45,147 bases of DNA from a virus. This document shows, piece after piece, positions 32,209 to 41,521 of the stretch. The notes under the pieces were generated by a model. It was given only the letters and a program-made list of their open reading frames with translations, was not told the origin of the DNA and did no database searches. The position numbers and the translations under genes are program-made. Every line of letters begins with the position of its first letter. The first letter of the stretch is position 1. The stretch is taken from IMG/VR virus record IMGVR_UViG_3300041935_000006, positions 1 to 45,147 of that record; one strand, 5' to 3'.

Positions 32209-33264
32209 TCAGGAGCCCTTGATCTTGAAGAGCAAGAAGGGGTGACCGGCGCCGATCCCGTTGCGGCCCTTGACGTGCCACTCGTACTCGTCGCGACGGT
32301 CGAGCTCGGCCTCGGTCTGACTGCCGTAGTACAGGATCTTGTACGGCTCTCTCTCGAGGAAGGTGATCGCGCCGAGTTGCGAGCTCGTGAGCTGCTCGCA
32401 CGCGACGTAGTACGTGGTCTCGTTCTCGAACCCGGCGAGCTCGTCGGCCTGCACGGGAGCGGCGTACCCGAGGGCTTGGATCAGCGCCTCGACGTCGGCC
32501 GACGCTGCGCCACCACCCGACGCGAGTTGCGCGATGAACTTCGCTTGCGTGAGCTGCACCGCGCGGAACGTGAGCGACGGCGGTGTCAGGATGAATCGAG
32601 GGCGCAACCGGCGAGGTTGCTTGCCGTTCGGCATCTTGATCGAGGCGATGTACGAAAACAGCTTTTGCAGGTTGAGCAAGGCCGTGTCGACGGGCACCGA
32701 CGCGTCGATCGGGAGTGCACCCGGCGAGGTCGTGCCCGAGTTGCCGCCGACGCCGGCCGTGCCCTGCAACAGGTTCGCGTACGTGACGCCGGTGCGGTAC
32801 GGGTTGACCGGGTGATCGACTGCGAAGAATGGCTTGCCGTCGTACCCGGTGAAGGTGCCCGCGTTGTGCGCCGTCATGAGGAAGTCAGCGACTTGCTCTT
32901 GCGGCCAGTACGCGATCTGCGCGCCGATCTGACTCGACCATTCGGCGGCGAGGTTGACGCCTTGACCGTCGGTGTCCTCGAACTGTGCTTTGTTGAGCTT
33001 GAGCCCAGCACCCGAGAACTTCGGTTCCATCGTGGTGTACGTCGACACGAGGTCGTCAAAGCGGATGTTGCCGCCCTTGCCTTCGGGGTAGATCTTCGCC
33101 GTGCTCAAGAGCCACGCGATGATCTCTTTGCTCGCCGTGGTGGTCTTCGTCTTAGCGAGGTTCTGCCACCATAGGCCCTGTACGAGTCGGCTGTACTCGT
33201 TCTCGGTGACGAACTGCATCCGAGTTTCGAGATCCATCATGAACTGTGGAGTGAGCGCGGGCAT
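32209..33264 (-). CDS. Major capsid protein (Mu gpT-like)
   Basis: 351 aa. ATG 33264 follows AAGGA. The sequence resembles the Mu-like major head subunit family throughout. Confidence 0.85.
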   Translation of the reverse strand: MPALTPQFMMDLETRMQFVTENEYSRLVQGLWWQNLAKTKTTTASKEIIAWLLSTAKIYPEGKGGNIRFDDLVSTYTTMEPKFSGAGLKLNKAQFEDTDGQGVNLAAEWSSQIGAQIAYWPQEQVADFLMTAHNAGTFTGYDGKPFFAVDHPVNPYRTGVTYANLLQGTAGVGGNSGTTSPGALPIDASVPVDTALLNLQKLFSYIASIKMPNGKQPRRLRPRFILTPPSLTFRAVQLTQAKFIAQLASGGGAASADVEALIQALGYAAPVQADELAGFENETTYYVACEQLTSSQLGAITFLEREPYKILYYGSQTEAELDRRDEYEWHVKGRNGIGAGHPFLLFKIKGS

Positions 33265-33297
33265 GTCTGACTGTCCTTTCTTTCAGAGCTCGCCCGG

Positions 33298-34041
33298 TTA
33301 CGGGCTCACGTAAGCGTTTGCGCGCCACTTCCCATCGAGGAAGATGGCGGCGACGAGGTGTCGCTTCGATGCGGTGAGCGCGGTCGTGAGCGCGGCGTTT
33401 GCGTTCGCGGCGTCGCGGTACTGCACCGTGTGACCGTTTTTGGTGCCGTCGGCCGAGAGCCAAATGCGCATCCCGCTCGTGCCGGCCGGCAGATCGATCG
33501 TCGAGTTTGCGGCGGTCACCGGCACGTCGTACGTCGCGCGGTCGGTGATCTCTGCGGGTGCCGAGGCGCCGGCCGCGAACGCGGGCAACGCGATGACACC
33601 CGCGCCACTGCTCGAGAGCGCGGTGTCGACGAGCGACTCGAGCTTTTGCACGAGCACACCGTCGACCGAGTCAACTTGCCAGATGCGACCCGAGATCGAG
33701 CCACCCGCGGCGTTGAGCGTGACGGTTTGATCGTCGAGCGCGAAGCACAGCTTGCCGACGTCGGCCGCGGTGATGGATGCGTCTTGCGCCCACCACCGAG
33801 CCTCGATCTCCATGCCCATGTTGACGTTGACGTTCGCTTGTGCGAGCGACGCGTCGATCGCCTCGTCGAACACTCCGATCTCGAGGAGGTTCGGATCGTT
33901 GGCCATGGGCACGACCTTGCCCTCGCCGATGATCAGGCCGACTTTCGCATTCTTGAAAGCCTTGAAACCTGACTTCAGCGGGAACAGATGGTGCGTCCAT
34001 CGCTCCATGGAGTTAGCGCGGTCGCGAACTAGTGCGGTCAT
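33298..34041 (-). CDS. Head decoration / accessory capsid protein (tentative)
   Basis: 247 aa ORF between the protease-scaffold and capsid genes. ATG 34041 follows AAGGA. Confidence 0.45.
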   Translation of the reverse strand: MTALVRDRANSMERWTHHLFPLKSGFKAFKNAKVGLIIGEGKVVPMANDPNLLEIGVFDEAIDASLAQANVNVNMGMEIEARWWAQDASITAADVGKLCFALDDQTVTLNAAGGSISGRIWQVDSVDGVLVQKLESLVDTALSSSGAGVIALPAFAAGASAPAEITDRATYDVPVTAANSTIDLPAGTSGMRIWLSADGTKNGHTVQYRDAANANAALTTALTASKRHLVAAIFLDGKWRANAYVSP

Positions 34042-34047
34042 GGCTCG

Positions 34048-35529
34048 TTATCCTTTCGCGGCGCCGGGAGCGACCGAGGTTGCAGGCGTTGACGGTTTGG
34101 CGGCCGGCGACTTGAGCTCGCGGCGAGCGGGTGCGCTGAACAAGAGCGAGTTGCCCTCGCGACGCACACCGGACTGCGGACCCGTGATGCCGAAGGCTTT
34201 GTCGAGCGCCTCGGTCGCCGCGCTCGCGACGACGCCGCTCGAGCCGCCCTCGCCCTCGGTTGCACCGCGCACGGTCGGCGCGACGACGGCGGTTGACGTC
34301 GCCTTTTTCTTCGGCGGTGCGTCGGGCTTGGGCATGCGATCGACGATCGCCTTCGCATCCTTGTACGGCATGGTTGCGAGGTGCGCGGCGAGCTCGGTGC
34401 CGAGGTCGGGCCGGCTCGCGAGCATGGCCGAGCGCTCGGCGGCATCCTTCTCGCCCTTGAGCTGCGCGACGTCGCGCGAGAGCGCCGAGACGGTGCGCGC
34501 GAGGCCCGCGGCCGAGTCGGCCGAGACGCGCGGCGCAGCGTTGCGCGCAGCGGGAGCGCGACGGGCCGAGCTCGCGCTCGAGCGGGCCTCCTCGTCACCC
34601 TCGCCCTCACCCTCGCCACCCTCGTCACCGTTGAGGACGTCGAGCGCGCGTTGCGCTCGCTCGTCACCGTCGGCCGCTGCGCGCTCGAGCGCGGTGCGTG
34701 CCTCGTCGACGTCGGCGGCCGACGCCTCGGGCTTGTCGTCTTCTTTCTTGTCGTCGGGCTTGTCGTCTTCGGGTGGCATCGTGTCTCCTTTTGCGAGCTG
34801 CGCGAGCATCTCGTCGAAGCTCGCAACCTGATCCGCGAGGCCGTGTTCGACGGCCGCCGCACCATGGAAAACGCTCGCCTCGAGCGAGCGGATCGCGTCG
34901 GCATTGACGCCGCGCAGACTTGCGACGAGCTCGAAAAACAGCTCGGCGAGCGAGTCGCACTGACTCTGCATCGCCGTCATTTCGGCTTCTGTGATCGATG
35001 TGTGCGGGTTGCCGTCGAGCTTGCGCTTACCGCTCGCCACCATCGCGAACTGGACACCCATCGCGGTGTCTCGAGTCGTGAGGTCGGCCCGCGTGATCAT
35101 GATTCCGATCGAGCCGGTGAATGCGGTTGAGCTCGTGTAGATCCGCTCGGCCGCACACGCGAGTGCGTAGCCCGCGCTGCACGCGCACCCGTCGACGTAT
35201 GTGACGAGCTTTTTGCCGGCCGCTTTGACGCGGTTGCGGATCGTGCGCGCAGCGTCGAAGCACCCGAACAGCTCACCCCCGGGTGAGTCGATCTTGAGCA
35301 CGATGGTGCTCGAGGTGCTCTCGCAAGCGGCGGTGACGCGGTCGAGAATCGCCTCGTACGAGTCGCACCACCAATCGTCATGGTGCTCGAGCGGGCCTCG
35401 GATCGCGACCACTTCGCAGTCGCCGATCGTCTCGTTCGACGGCTCATCGGGCTCGATGAACAGGTCGAAAAACGCCTCGGGCCGTAGCGCGAGGATGCCT
35501 TGCTTGTCGTACCGTCGACGCATCGTCAT
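34048..35529 (-). CDS. Prohead protease (S49/SppA-ClpP type) fused to scaffold-like C-terminal region
   Basis: IDSPGGELFG and VDGCACSAGYALACAAERIY...GSIG motifs. The C-terminal 250 aa are acidic, Ala-rich and helical. Confidence 0.85.
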   Translation of the reverse strand: MTMRRRYDKQGILALRPEAFFDLFIEPDEPSNETIGDCEVVAIRGPLEHHDDWWCDSYEAILDRVTAACESTSSTIVLKIDSPGGELFGCFDAARTIRNRVKAAGKKLVTYVDGCACSAGYALACAAERIYTSSTAFTGSIGIMITRADLTTRDTAMGVQFAMVASGKRKLDGNPHTSITEAEMTAMQSQCDSLAELFFELVASLRGVNADAIRSLEASVFHGAAAVEHGLADQVASFDEMLAQLAKGDTMPPEDDKPDDKKEDDKPEASAADVDEARTALERAAADGDERAQRALDVLNGDEGGEGEGEGDEEARSSASSARRAPAARNAAPRVSADSAAGLARTVSALSRDVAQLKGEKDAAERSAMLASRPDLGTELAAHLATMPYKDAKAIVDRMPKPDAPPKKKATSTAVVAPTVRGATEGEGGSSGVVASAATEALDKAFGITGPQSGVRREGNSLLFSAPARRELKSPAAKPSTPATSVAPGAAKG

Positions 35530-36926
35530 GCCGCCTCGCGCACGAGCGACACCGCCGCGCGTTGCTCGGGTTGATCGCCCTCGTCGGGCTTGTCGGCGTC
35601 GAGGTCGGGTCGACCGTCGCCGTTGATGTCACCGCGCACCGGGATGCCAAACTTGAGGCACATGGCATCGATATCGAGCTCGCGGCCCTGTGCACGAAGC
35701 GCCTCGGTGAGCGCGACGATTGCTTGTGCGCCGATGTTGAGCGCGGTCGCCTCGGCGGTGCGATCCTTGGGAGGTGTGACGTCCCACTCGACGACGGGGC
35801 AATGATCGAGTGCATCCTCGCCGTACTCACCGGCGACCCACGCGGGCAACACCTGAGTGTTGACGGTGTACGCGAGTGAGTCGGCCGTCGCCTTGATCAG
35901 GTCGGCACGGATCGCGCGATGGATGTCTGAATTCTGAAAGCCCGCGCCACCATCGGTCGTAACGGTTTGACCCGCGATGCAGATCTGAATCTCTTCATTC
36001 TGCGCGGCGATCGTCTTGACGAATGAGTCGTAACCGCGGCCGTTGCTCTCGAGTAGCTTGATCTCGTATCCCGGCGAGAGGCCGAACACGGTATTGAGCC
36101 CCCATGCCATGACCTGTTTGAAAAACGTGTCCTTCTGCGCCTCGACGGATCCGTTCGGTGCGTACGCAACACGTGCAGGGTGTGCGAGTTTCGCTTCCCA
36201 ACTGTCTTTGTACGTCGCGGCGTATTCCTTGCGGATGTACGCGCGGCCGACTGCGCGCCAAAGGCCGTGCATCCATGGCGAGAGCCGACCACCCGGCGTG
36301 TGCAACACCCATCGGCCATCGCCGGGTGTGATCGGGATTGGGCCAGCGTTGCTCTGAAAGTACCAGCGCGACTCGTTCCATCGGTACCGCAGAAACTGCG
36401 GATCGAGGCGCACGAACACGGGATACGTGCGGCCCTGCACGGGCACGAGCTCGCCGACGCCGACGCCGAGCAACTCGCCGTCGGCCGCGAGCACCGCGAG
36501 ATCTTGCGGCGGCAACATCTCGTCGAACACCGAGCGCACTTGCCCGTGACCGAGCTCGAGCTGCGCCACCATCGAGGCCGGCCCGCGAAAGCGCTTCGGC
36601 AAACGAACGAGGCCCGAGGTGCGCGTCGAGAGCACGCCGGAGATCACCCCATCTTTGCGCGCGGCACTCATCAACATCGCGGCCGTGCTCAAGTCGCCTT
36701 GATTGGCCTGATACTCGGCCGCCTCGAGCTCGGACATGTACCAGCGCGTGCGCGTCGCCGGGATACTCGAGAGCCCACCACCCATCATGCGACGCGCAGC
36801 TTCGATCGCCGCCTCGCTCGGGCCGACTACATCACCGAGCGGCGGCTCATAGGTACTGATACCCATGAGAGCCGCGGCCGAGGCGAGGAGTCTTGTGCGT
36901 GCACCCATCGACGGCATGATTCGCAT
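35526..36926 (-). CDS. Portal protein (Mu gp29/DUF935-like)
   Basis: 466 aa, between the terminase and protease genes. ATGA overlap with the protease start. Confidence 0.85.
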   Translation of the reverse strand: MRIMPSMGARTRLLASAAALMGISTYEPPLGDVVGPSEAAIEAARRMMGGGLSSIPATRTRWYMSELEAAEYQANQGDLSTAAMLMSAARKDGVISGVLSTRTSGLVRLPKRFRGPASMVAQLELGHGQVRSVFDEMLPPQDLAVLAADGELLGVGVGELVPVQGRTYPVFVRLDPQFLRYRWNESRWYFQSNAGPIPITPGDGRWVLHTPGGRLSPWMHGLWRAVGRAYIRKEYAATYKDSWEAKLAHPARVAYAPNGSVEAQKDTFFKQVMAWGLNTVFGLSPGYEIKLLESNGRGYDSFVKTIAAQNEEIQICIAGQTVTTDGGAGFQNSDIHRAIRADLIKATADSLAYTVNTQVLPAWVAGEYGEDALDHCPVVEWDVTPPKDRTAEATALNIGAQAIVALTEALRAQGRELDIDAMCLKFGIPVRGDINGDGRPDLDADKPDEGDQPEQRAAVSLVREAA

Positions 36927-36949
36927 GCGCTGCGAACGTGCGTCCTAAA

Positions 36950-37177
36950 CTAGCGAGTGCGTGCAGACTCTTGACGTTTGACGTTTGCAGACTGATCCCA
37001 CGTCGCCGCCGCGATCCCGACGTGCCTCTCGAGCATTGCGCGCGCTCTTTTGCTCGGTTTCCACGTGCCCGAGCTCCAATGCGACACGGCCCCTTGCGAT
37101 ACGTGCGCGCGCAACGCGACCTCGCGCGCGCGGATACGTTGCAACACGCACAGTAAGAGTCGGCGGCCCTCGGTCAC
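36950..37177 (-). CDS. Small XRE-type HTH protein wedged between terminase and portal
   Basis: GTG 37177 forms a GTGA overlap with the terminase stop. HTH segment VALRAHVSQGAVSHWSSGTWKPS. Confidence 0.6.
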   Translation of the reverse strand: MTEGRRLLLCVLQRIRAREVALRAHVSQGAVSHWSSGTWKPSKRARAMLERHVGIAAATWDQSANVKRQESARTR

Positions 37178-38853
37178 CGCTTTTCCCAGATCGCCGCACC
37201 GGCGTACGGGTCGAACGGATCGCGCGCGTTGCGGGTCTGATAGTCAGACTGCACGACGCTATCGGTTGAGGTGCTCTCGCGTAGTGAGAGCGGCTCCCAT
37301 GCTGACAGTGCGAGCGCGTCGAGCCGATCGGGTGAGCGGCCGAGGATCTTGCGCAGCGTCTCTTTCGCCGTGACCTTGAGTTTGCCGTCGGCGCGTTGAT
37401 GCCACTCGGGCGCGTGCAGCTCTTTCGCAAGTTTGGTGTCCTCGGGAATCGCACCCCCGGCGTCGAACCAGGCCGAGAGCGAGGCGGCGAGAGCGTCGCG
37501 CATCAAGTGGTAGATCTCGGGTTGCCGCAAGCTCTTGTCGCTCGAGCTGATCCCGACGACCTCGAACGAGCCCTCGTTGTCGTCGGCGTAGTTGCGCAGT
37601 GCGGTGTACACCTTCGAGCCGATCGAGCCGCCGCGGTCGACGACGACGACGGGTGTCTCGCGCGGTGTCTTGAGGCGCGCGATCAGCTGCACCACTTCGA
37701 GCAAGTGCCCGGCCGCGTCGAGCCCGCGACGCACGACGAGCTCGAGCAACTTGAGCCCGCGGCGAGGCGCAAACACGATGTCATCGCCCGAGCCCTTCTC
37801 ACCCGCGGGATCCACGCCGATGTACAAGCGGCCCGACGCCGGTGCCTCGCTCCATCGCTCCTCGGCTTGCGCGATGGTGTGCAGCGAGAAGATCTTGCCG
37901 GCCTCGTGCTCGGCAAACTCGCCGAGGACACGCACCTTGTACAGGGCCGACTTGACCCCCCACTCCTCGGCCTTTTCCTCGACCCACTCGCGCGTCGCGA
38001 GGCCCGGGATCAAGCGCTTGCCGCTCACTACGTTCGGCGTCGACGCGCTCGAGACCGTCAGGCAGAAGTAGAAGCGGGCCTTGCTATTGAACGCGTCGTA
38101 AAACTCGCCGTCGTTCTTTGTGGGGTTGCCGAACAGCGCGACGCGCGCCGAGCCAGCACGGTTGCCCTCGATCGCCTCGTAGATCTCGCGCGCGACGCCG
38201 CTCGCCTCGTCGACGATGTACAGAACGTTTTCGCCGCTGATACCCGCGACCGCCTCGGCCTGTTTCGCGGTGAACCCGACGATCTCGCGAAACGACTGAT
38301 CGTCTGACTTGAGGCCGGTGCGTGCGAGCTCGCCGAGGTCGCCGTCGATTAGCGACGAGTGAGGGCACGGCCGCGTGATGCGCGCGTTCGGGTTGCGGAT
38401 CAGCTCGGCCTTGCACTCGATGCACCGACCAGAGCGCGCGTGCATCATGCGCAGCTCGCGCCACAAGATCTCGTCGACCTGCCTCGACGTCGTGCTCGTC
38501 ATGACGACGCGGGCCGCGTCGAAGCTGCAATAAAACCAGAGAGCGAGGAGCGCGGCCGAGGCCGACTTGCCGATCTTGTGCCCGGATTTCACGGCGACGC
38601 GCATGTGGTCGCGTACACCCTCGAGAATCGCGATCTGTGCCGACCACGGGTCGACGCCTGCGATCTCGCGAGCGAACCGCACCGGCTCCTCGCGGTACAT
38701 CGGGCTCGGGAACGTGACGCCGAACGACGCGTGCAGCGCGGGAAAGAACGACGCCGCGAAGTCGCCGGCATACGTGAGCGGCCCCCCGACAAACTTGAGG
38801 GGCCGGCCGGGCCTACGCTTCGCTATCTCGCTCGAGGCGGTGCTCGTCGCCAT
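37174..38853 (-). CDS. terL: Terminase large subunit
   Basis: Walker A VKSGHKIGKSA and Walker B VLYIVDEAS, with a C-terminal RNase-H-like nuclease region (IGVDPAG...). 559 aa. Confidence 0.9.
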   Translation of the reverse strand: MATSTASSEIAKRRPGRPLKFVGGPLTYAGDFAASFFPALHASFGVTFPSPMYREEPVRFAREIAGVDPWSAQIAILEGVRDHMRVAVKSGHKIGKSASAALLALWFYCSFDAARVVMTSTTSRQVDEILWRELRMMHARSGRCIECKAELIRNPNARITRPCPHSSLIDGDLGELARTGLKSDDQSFREIVGFTAKQAEAVAGISGENVLYIVDEASGVAREIYEAIEGNRAGSARVALFGNPTKNDGEFYDAFNSKARFYFCLTVSSASTPNVVSGKRLIPGLATREWVEEKAEEWGVKSALYKVRVLGEFAEHEAGKIFSLHTIAQAEERWSEAPASGRLYIGVDPAGEKGSGDDIVFAPRRGLKLLELVVRRGLDAAGHLLEVVQLIARLKTPRETPVVVVDRGGSIGSKVYTALRNYADDNEGSFEVVGISSSDKSLRQPEIYHLMRDALAASLSAWFDAGGAIPEDTKLAKELHAPEWHQRADGKLKVTAKETLRKILGRSPDRLDALALSAWEPLSLRESTSTDSVVQSDYQTRNARDPFDPYAGAAIWEKR

Positions 38854-38868
38854 TCACCCGGGACACTC

Positions 38869-39234
38869 CTAACGCGCGCGTGCGCCGGACAGTACCTGAG
38901 GGATCAGCTCGCTCGCCGCGTCGACGTGGTGTCGGAGCGAGCGGTATGCCGCGACGAGGCGCCGCACTTGATCGGGTGTCCATCCTCGCGAGAACGCGTC
39001 GAGGGCCTCGTCGGTGAGGCACTCGAGCTCGAGGCCGTACAAGATCGAGCCGACGAGCTCGGTGTTACGCGCGCGGTGTGTGGCGAACGCGGCGGCGAGC
39101 GTCGCCGCGAGGTCGGGGTGCTCGTCCTCGGGCTTGGCGCCGTCGAGGATCGCGAGCATGGCGAGCTTTGCGTACTGTCGGCCGAGCTCGACCTCGACCT
39201 CGTTCGGGGTGCCAACCGTCACGAGATACCCCAC
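38869..39234 (-). CDS. Hypothetical protein (117-121 aa)
   Basis: GTG 39234, or GTG 39222 as a GTGA overlap with the upstream stop. Confidence 0.5.
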   Translation of the reverse strand: MGYLVTVGTPNEVEVELGRQYAKLAMLAILDGAKPEDEHPDLAATLAAAFATHRARNTELVGSILYGLELECLTDEALDAFSRGWTPDQVRRLVAAYRSLRHHVDAASELIPQVLSGARAR

Positions 39235-39479
39235 CCGCGCATCGAGCTCTTGATCGTGCGGATCTGCCTCCCGGCCTCGGCGACTTGAGCGCGCGCGTTG
39301 CCGAGCTTGCGCGACTCGGCCGGCGAGCGGATCCGTACGTTGAGCTCGCGCAGCGCCGTCAGTATGGGGGCCGTCGAGACTTTGAACGCCTCGGCGAGCT
39401 CGACGATCGTCTCGCCCTTGCGGTAGCGACTTGCCACCTGATCGCGCTGATCCTCGGTCAAAACACGCTTACCACTCAT
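39219..39479 (-). CDS. HTH DNA-binding protein, first gene after repeat array D (small-terminase-like or regulator)
   Basis: ATG 39479 follows AAAGGAA. HTH segment GETIVELAEAFKVSTAPILTALRE. Confidence 0.6.
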   Translation of the reverse strand: MSGKRVLTEDQRDQVASRYRKGETIVELAEAFKVSTAPILTALRELNVRIRSPAESRKLGNARAQVAEAGRQIRTIKSSMRGWGIS

Positions 39480-39500
39480 GGGGGCCGGTTCCTTTCACGG

Positions 39501-39540
39501 TGACATGTTCACATGTGTACACGTGCACATGTACACGTTA
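39501..39540. repeat. ACATGT-core repeat array D (8-bp units)
   Basis: ACATGTTC ACATGTGT ACACGTGC ACATGTAC with cores at 39503, 39511, 39519 (ACACGT) and 39527. It lies between the stop of 39538..40260 and the start of 39219..39479. Confidence 0.8.
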
Positions 39541-40260
39541 CTCGGCGTCGCCGTCCTCGCCGAGGATTCGTTGCACCGCTGCCTCGACGTCGCGCGCGGC
39601 GGCCGGGTGCGGCAAGAGGGCCTCGATAATCGCTTTCTTGAGGCGTTGCCACTTCGGGTGATCGCGGATCGTGCGGTCCTCGAGCATCTCGCGGTCGCGC
39701 TCGAGCCTCGTTTTTTGCGTGAGGGCTCGCGAAAAGGCGTCGGTGAGCTGCGCGCGCTCGCGGGGGGTGAGCTTGCCGTTTTTCAGCTGCGTTCGCAGGA
39801 GCTTGATCAGGCGTTCGTAGTCGCGCAGCGCCGAGGCCGTGCCCTCGAGCTCCTCGTCGTCGGTGTCGTCGTCGAGCTCGAGCTCGGGCTCGGGTTCCTC
39901 GGCCGCACCCCATGCCGAGAACGGGATGCCAAAGTGGCTCGCGAGCGCGCGGCGGTACCGATCGTCGGGCACATACAGGCCGTCTCGCCACTGCGCGATC
40001 GATTGCTTGCTCGCGCCGACCGCCTTGCCGATCTGAGAGAGCGAGCCGGGCACGTCGAGCAACATGCGTTGCCCCTCGGAACGGATCGGTTTCGCCGGTG
40101 CGCGCAGCGGTTCGGGTGCCGGCGCCGGCTCGTCGTCGAGCTCCTCGTCGTCGAGCTCGTCGGCCTCGAGGTCGGGCTCGGCGCTTGACGCTCTTGACGT
40201 CGACGCGCGCGCGCTTGACACACGCGCTTTCGGGCTCGATTTCGTTGCGGTTTTACTCAT
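39538..40260 (-). CDS. HTH-domain protein with acidic flanks and coiled-coil C-terminus (regulator or small terminase candidate)
   Basis: HTH segment LSQIGKAVGASKQSIAQWRDG. An AT-rich promoter-like stretch lies upstream (40275-40300). Confidence 0.6.
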   Translation of the reverse strand: MSKTATKSSPKARVSSARASTSRASSAEPDLEADELDDEELDDEPAPAPEPLRAPAKPIRSEGQRMLLDVPGSLSQIGKAVGASKQSIAQWRDGLYVPDDRYRRALASHFGIPFSAWGAAEEPEPELELDDDTDDEELEGTASALRDYERLIKLLRTQLKNGKLTPRERAQLTDAFSRALTQKTRLERDREMLEDRTIRDHPKWQRLKKAIIEALLPHPAAARDVEAAVQRILGEDGDAE

Positions 40261-40353
40261 GGTTGACGGTCAAGGTGCATTTTACAGATATTTACTCCCG
40301 CACCACGCACACGAGGCCCCCCGGCCTTGGCCCCCCAATAGACTGTCATGCCC

Positions 40354-40974
40354 CTACCTCAATGATTGCGCATGCTTGGCCCAACATTCGGGGTGGTAGT
40401 TGGCACCCTCGCCGAGGCCGGGCTCGTCACACACGCGGCACCGCTTCCGACGTTTCGCACGCGCAGCCATGATCGATGCCTGGTACTCCTCGGAGGCCCA
40501 TGCCTTTCGCATCGCACACGATCGACACAGAACTGTCGCCTCGCACGGTGAGCGCTTCGGACTGAGCACGGCAGCGCACTCCGCGCACGACCGCGCTTTG
40601 TGCGCCTGCACGAGCGACTCGCTTGCGATTGGCTCGCGCGGTTTCACCGCAACGCTATTGAGGTTCGCTGCAACGTATCCGTGCAGTGCGGCGAGCTCGG
40701 CGAGAGACGCATTGCTCTTGAGCGTGTTTGCTCGACTCGAGATCACGGCGACGTTCCCGCGCACATACCCGAGCTCGGGAACGATGCGATCGAGCGTCGC
40801 CGAGTTGTCAGAGAACGGCCCGGCCTCGAGTTTGAGTGCAACGCCGAGGACCGGGCAACGCTCGGGCACTACCACGTCGGTTGATTGTAGGTCGAATGGC
40901 ACCCCCCGTGCGCGCGCACGCTTACGCGCTAGCGACACGAGACGTTGAGCGATCAACTCGCGATAACGGTTCAT
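40354..40974 (-). CDS. HNH / endonuclease VII-type nuclease with C-terminal zinc ribbons
   Basis: CPVLGVAL......SATLDRIVPELGYVRGNVAVISSRANTLKSN matches the endonuclease-VII-like HNH pattern. The C-terminus carries CAEC...CRSC and CRVC...HPEC. Confidence 0.75.
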   Translation of the reverse strand: MNRYRELIAQRLVSLARKRARARGVPFDLQSTDVVVPERCPVLGVALKLEAGPFSDNSATLDRIVPELGYVRGNVAVISSRANTLKSNASLAELAALHGYVAANLNSVAVKPREPIASESLVQAHKARSCAECAAVLSPKRSPCEATVLCRSCAMRKAWASEEYQASIMAARAKRRKRCRVCDEPGLGEGANYHPECWAKHAQSLR

Positions 40975-41002
40975 GTAGGGGGTGGCCGTCACGACACGCG
41001 GG

Positions 41003-41521
41003 CTACTCCTTTCTCTCGTCGGCGGTCGAGCTCTCGAAGTGGTCGCCGCCTCCCGTCGACGGGTGCTCGCTCGTGCCGGTGCCACCGATCACCCGGGCAT
41101 GATCGTCACCGAGCTCGTTCTCGGCCTCGGGTACGGCATCCGGCTCGGCGAGCGTCGTGCCCTCGGCATCGGTCTGCCCCTCGGTGAGCGTGCCGGGCAC
41201 GGCCTCACCGGGCTTGACCTCGTTCTCGGGTGCGGGCTCGGGCCGATACGCACGTGCCGCCGCTTCCTCTTGTGCACGCTCGGCCTTGAGCGTTGCGGTC
41301 GTGCGCGCGACGAGCTCTTGCCACACGGCCTCGACTTGCTCTTTCTCGGCGTCGCGCGCGAATGACGTCTTGAACTCGCGTTGCGGCGCCTCGCGCAAGC
41401 GAATGATCCCGGCGACGCCGTTCGGGCCGTCGTGATAGGCGATCGAGTACGTGCCCTCTCCCAAGGCTTCGTTGAGCGCGTCGAGGATCGCTTGCGACGG
41501 CTCGTGAGCGATGCCGATCAC
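41003..41521 (-). CDS. Hypothetical acidic protein (172 aa)
   Basis: The start overlaps the upstream stop. The C-terminal half is acidic and low in complexity. Confidence 0.5.
   Translation of the reverse strand: MIGIAHEPSQAILDALNEALGEGTYSIAYHDGPNGVAGIIRLREAPQREFKTSFARDAEKEQVEAVWQELVARTTATLKAERAQEEAAARAYRPEPAPENEVKPGEAVPGTLTEGQTDAEGTTLAEPDAVPEAENELGDDHARVIGGTGTSEHPSTGGGDHFESSTADERKE

Noticed and set aside
34038-34904. 288-aa minus-strand alternative-frame ORF inside the scaffold region of the protease gene. Similar ORFs occur at 34381..35130 and 33752..34831 on the plus strand.
   Set aside because: Arg/Ser/Thr/Pro-rich frames overlap the well-supported S49 protease-scaffold ORF, and no independent start signals are present.
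40300-40345. GGCC-rich segment (gaggccccccggccttggcccccc) as a terminator after the HNH gene
   Set aside because: The GGCC blocks cannot form a stable stem with a viable loop, and there is no U tract on the minus strand.
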